Assembly: GCA_030390025.1 (NCBI GenBank)
Contig: JASTWF010000341.1
Location: forward strand, 374,001-438,000
DNA from: Squalus acanthias
Taxonomy: Eukaryota
Reading direction: 5' to 3'
DNA: 64,000 nt
Under the pieces are notes generated by a model, which ran no database searches, was not told the DNA's origin, and saw only the letters and a list, made by a program, of their open reading frames with translations. Positions 62,299 to 64,000 of the stretch are shown here, one piece after another. Both the position numbers and the translations under genes were made by a program. Position 1 is the first letter of the stretch. Each line of letters opens with the position of its first letter.

Positions 62299-62829
62299 TG
62301 CAATACAAAATTCCTGCAACTTTGGAATGTTCAGGTCTTAATAGTATGGACTAAAAAGGGTTAAGAAATGAGCATCTGTAAGATGTTAGAACTTTCCAGA
62401 ATTACACTGTAAGCAAAATAATACCCTGCAGTTGTATCATGTTTTTAATTGTAGTGTCTCTGCAGAACAATTATGATATATTATTCTTTAAATAAAAAAG
62501 TCTGTTAAGGAAGTGGGTACAAAACTAAAATGCAGACTCCACAGAAATTGCACTAGATAGGAATGATACTTTTATTAACAAAGTAACTGCAATTGTCATA
62601 GTTTTTTTATACTTACAGGGATTTAAGGATTGATTAGATGAACATTTTAAATAACAGCAGATACGATATAATAACTGCTATAAAATGTATTAGTTCATAT
62701 TCTAAAGCTTTAATTATTTTTATTTTTAATATGTTTAACAGATGTTAAAATTATTTTGAAGGGTATGAGTAAATTTATATACAATTTCCCCAAATGCAGC
62801 TGTTTGTTATTTCTGTTAGCTATCTATAT

Positions 62830-63041
62830 GGGTAGAAATTCATATGATCCCTTATTTACGCATGTAAGGGGCCTAACGCCTTTTTAGGCAGCCGTCAGGG
62901 ATGCCTGAAAAATGGCACGACTCAATTTTGTGTCTGATTTTTCAGGCGTCCATGGGGCGCAGGACATTGGTCCCCAAAATTGGGCCTTGTTACGCCCATT
63001 TTATGCCCGAAAACGGGCGCAACAAGGTCCAATTTCTACCC
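62830..63041. mobile_element. Harbinger-like MITE
   Basis: TIR gggtagaaatt / aatttctaccc with a CpG-rich interior. Confidence 0.7.
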
Positions 63042-63107
63042 CATATTATCTATTCATCTGTTATTGACAAGTTGCATCAGGAATTAAGATTGGAAATAAT
63101 TTGTGTT

Positions 63108-63271
63108 CAACGTTTTCTTTAAGCTGCACGGCTGCACAGCGCTCCAGGGAACCCGCGCAGCCAGCTTGCTGGCTTTTCAATGTAAAAACCGCACATGCAC
63201 GGTATTTTGAATGGCCTGCACAGCCCCCTAAAGGGGCCACTCGGCACCAGAAAAAATTAGAGGGAACATTG
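63108..63271. mobile_element. hAT-type MITE
   Basis: Ends caacgttttctttaa / ttagagggaacattg; 8-bp flanks tttgtgtt / tttgtgat (7/8 match) fit a hAT TSD. Confidence 0.7.
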
Positions 63272-63636
63272 TTTGTGATTCATAAAACTGTGTAAAGTAT
63301 TTAAAAATGTTTACTAAAATATCAAATAATGACTCTTTGGAATAAGATGTCCTCAATTTTAAATAAAGCATTATTTTTCTTGCTTTCATGAGGACAGAAG
63401 TCATAATGTTGGAAAACGCAATTTTTGACTTGCCCATCTGGTGAGAATGCATTGATTCCACATCAGCGAATGCCTGATTAGTGAACCAAAATCAAGGGAG
63501 CCAAGCCACTTTCCATTTGGAATCAATTAATATTTTTAGTTGTAAATTCATGCCAAGCAAATACTTTGGTGCCTAGATTATATGTTTGCCATGTTCACAG
63601 GCCACACTGCTTAAATTTGGCAATTTTGAGCACCAT

Positions 63637-63822
63637 GGGCGGAACTTTAGGCTTCAGCATGGGTGTAAAACGGGCAATATCGGATCAGCTGCCCATTATA
63701 CAACCCGCCTGATTTTCCTTTCCTCTGTCTTCAATGGAAAGGAAAATCGAGCAGGCCGTATAAAGAGCGGCCGATCCAATATCACCCATTTTACACTCCC
63801 TCTAAAGTTGAAACTTCCAGCG
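63637..63822. mobile_element. Hairpin (fold-back) MITE
   Basis: Symmetric about gattttcctttcc-tctgtcttcaat-ggaaaggaaaatc; outer pairs gtgtaaaa/ttttacac and atatcggatc/gatccaatat. Confidence 0.7.
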
Positions 63823-64000
63823 AATATGTTCAAAAGAATACTAATGATGGGATAGAGTCCATAATAGGGTAGATTATACATGATCTGTGGAATGAATGTG
63901 CCATACTTTCTTGTTTCTTATGTTCAAAAAAAATCTGCTATTTCACAAAGTAATATTTTAGTTTACCACTTGTATGATACAGGAAGGTTTTGTAATTATG

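Overview
Vertebrate genomic DNA, almost certainly a cartilaginous fish (shark), judging by the repeat families present: Deu-domain SacSINE1-like SINEs, shark-type CR1/L2 LINEs and a Penelope element. It is not prokaryotic. The backbone is the 5' part of RPGRIP1L (Ftm/MKS5/NPHP8) on the + strand: nine coding exons from the ATG at 17260 to 59090, all with AG/GT boundaries and in-phase junctions, giving 1246 nt (about 415 codons) of the N-terminal coiled-coil region. The gene continues past the window, and its first exon/promoter was not found. Most other sequence is intronic or upstream and packed with transposon relics. Most notable: (1) a near-perfect 1.8-kb palindrome of a Penelope-like retroelement 3' end (GIY-YIG endonuclease), with a minimal hammerhead ribozyme in each arm; (2) a 2.9-kb 39/41-bp hairpin-unit minisatellite with a higher-order repeat; (3) an internally deleted Harbinger element nested in a SINE; (4) an apparently ORF1-less LINE carrying a tRNA-derived 5' head, with one copy nested in a CR1 and another internally deleted; (5) a decayed Tigger/pogo transposase plus its own MITE in the same locus; (6) an LF-SINE-like relic; (7) unexplained inverted and direct duplications. 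Most ORFs in the six-frame track are TE fragments or noise. Family names come from memory of consensus sequences, not from a database search.
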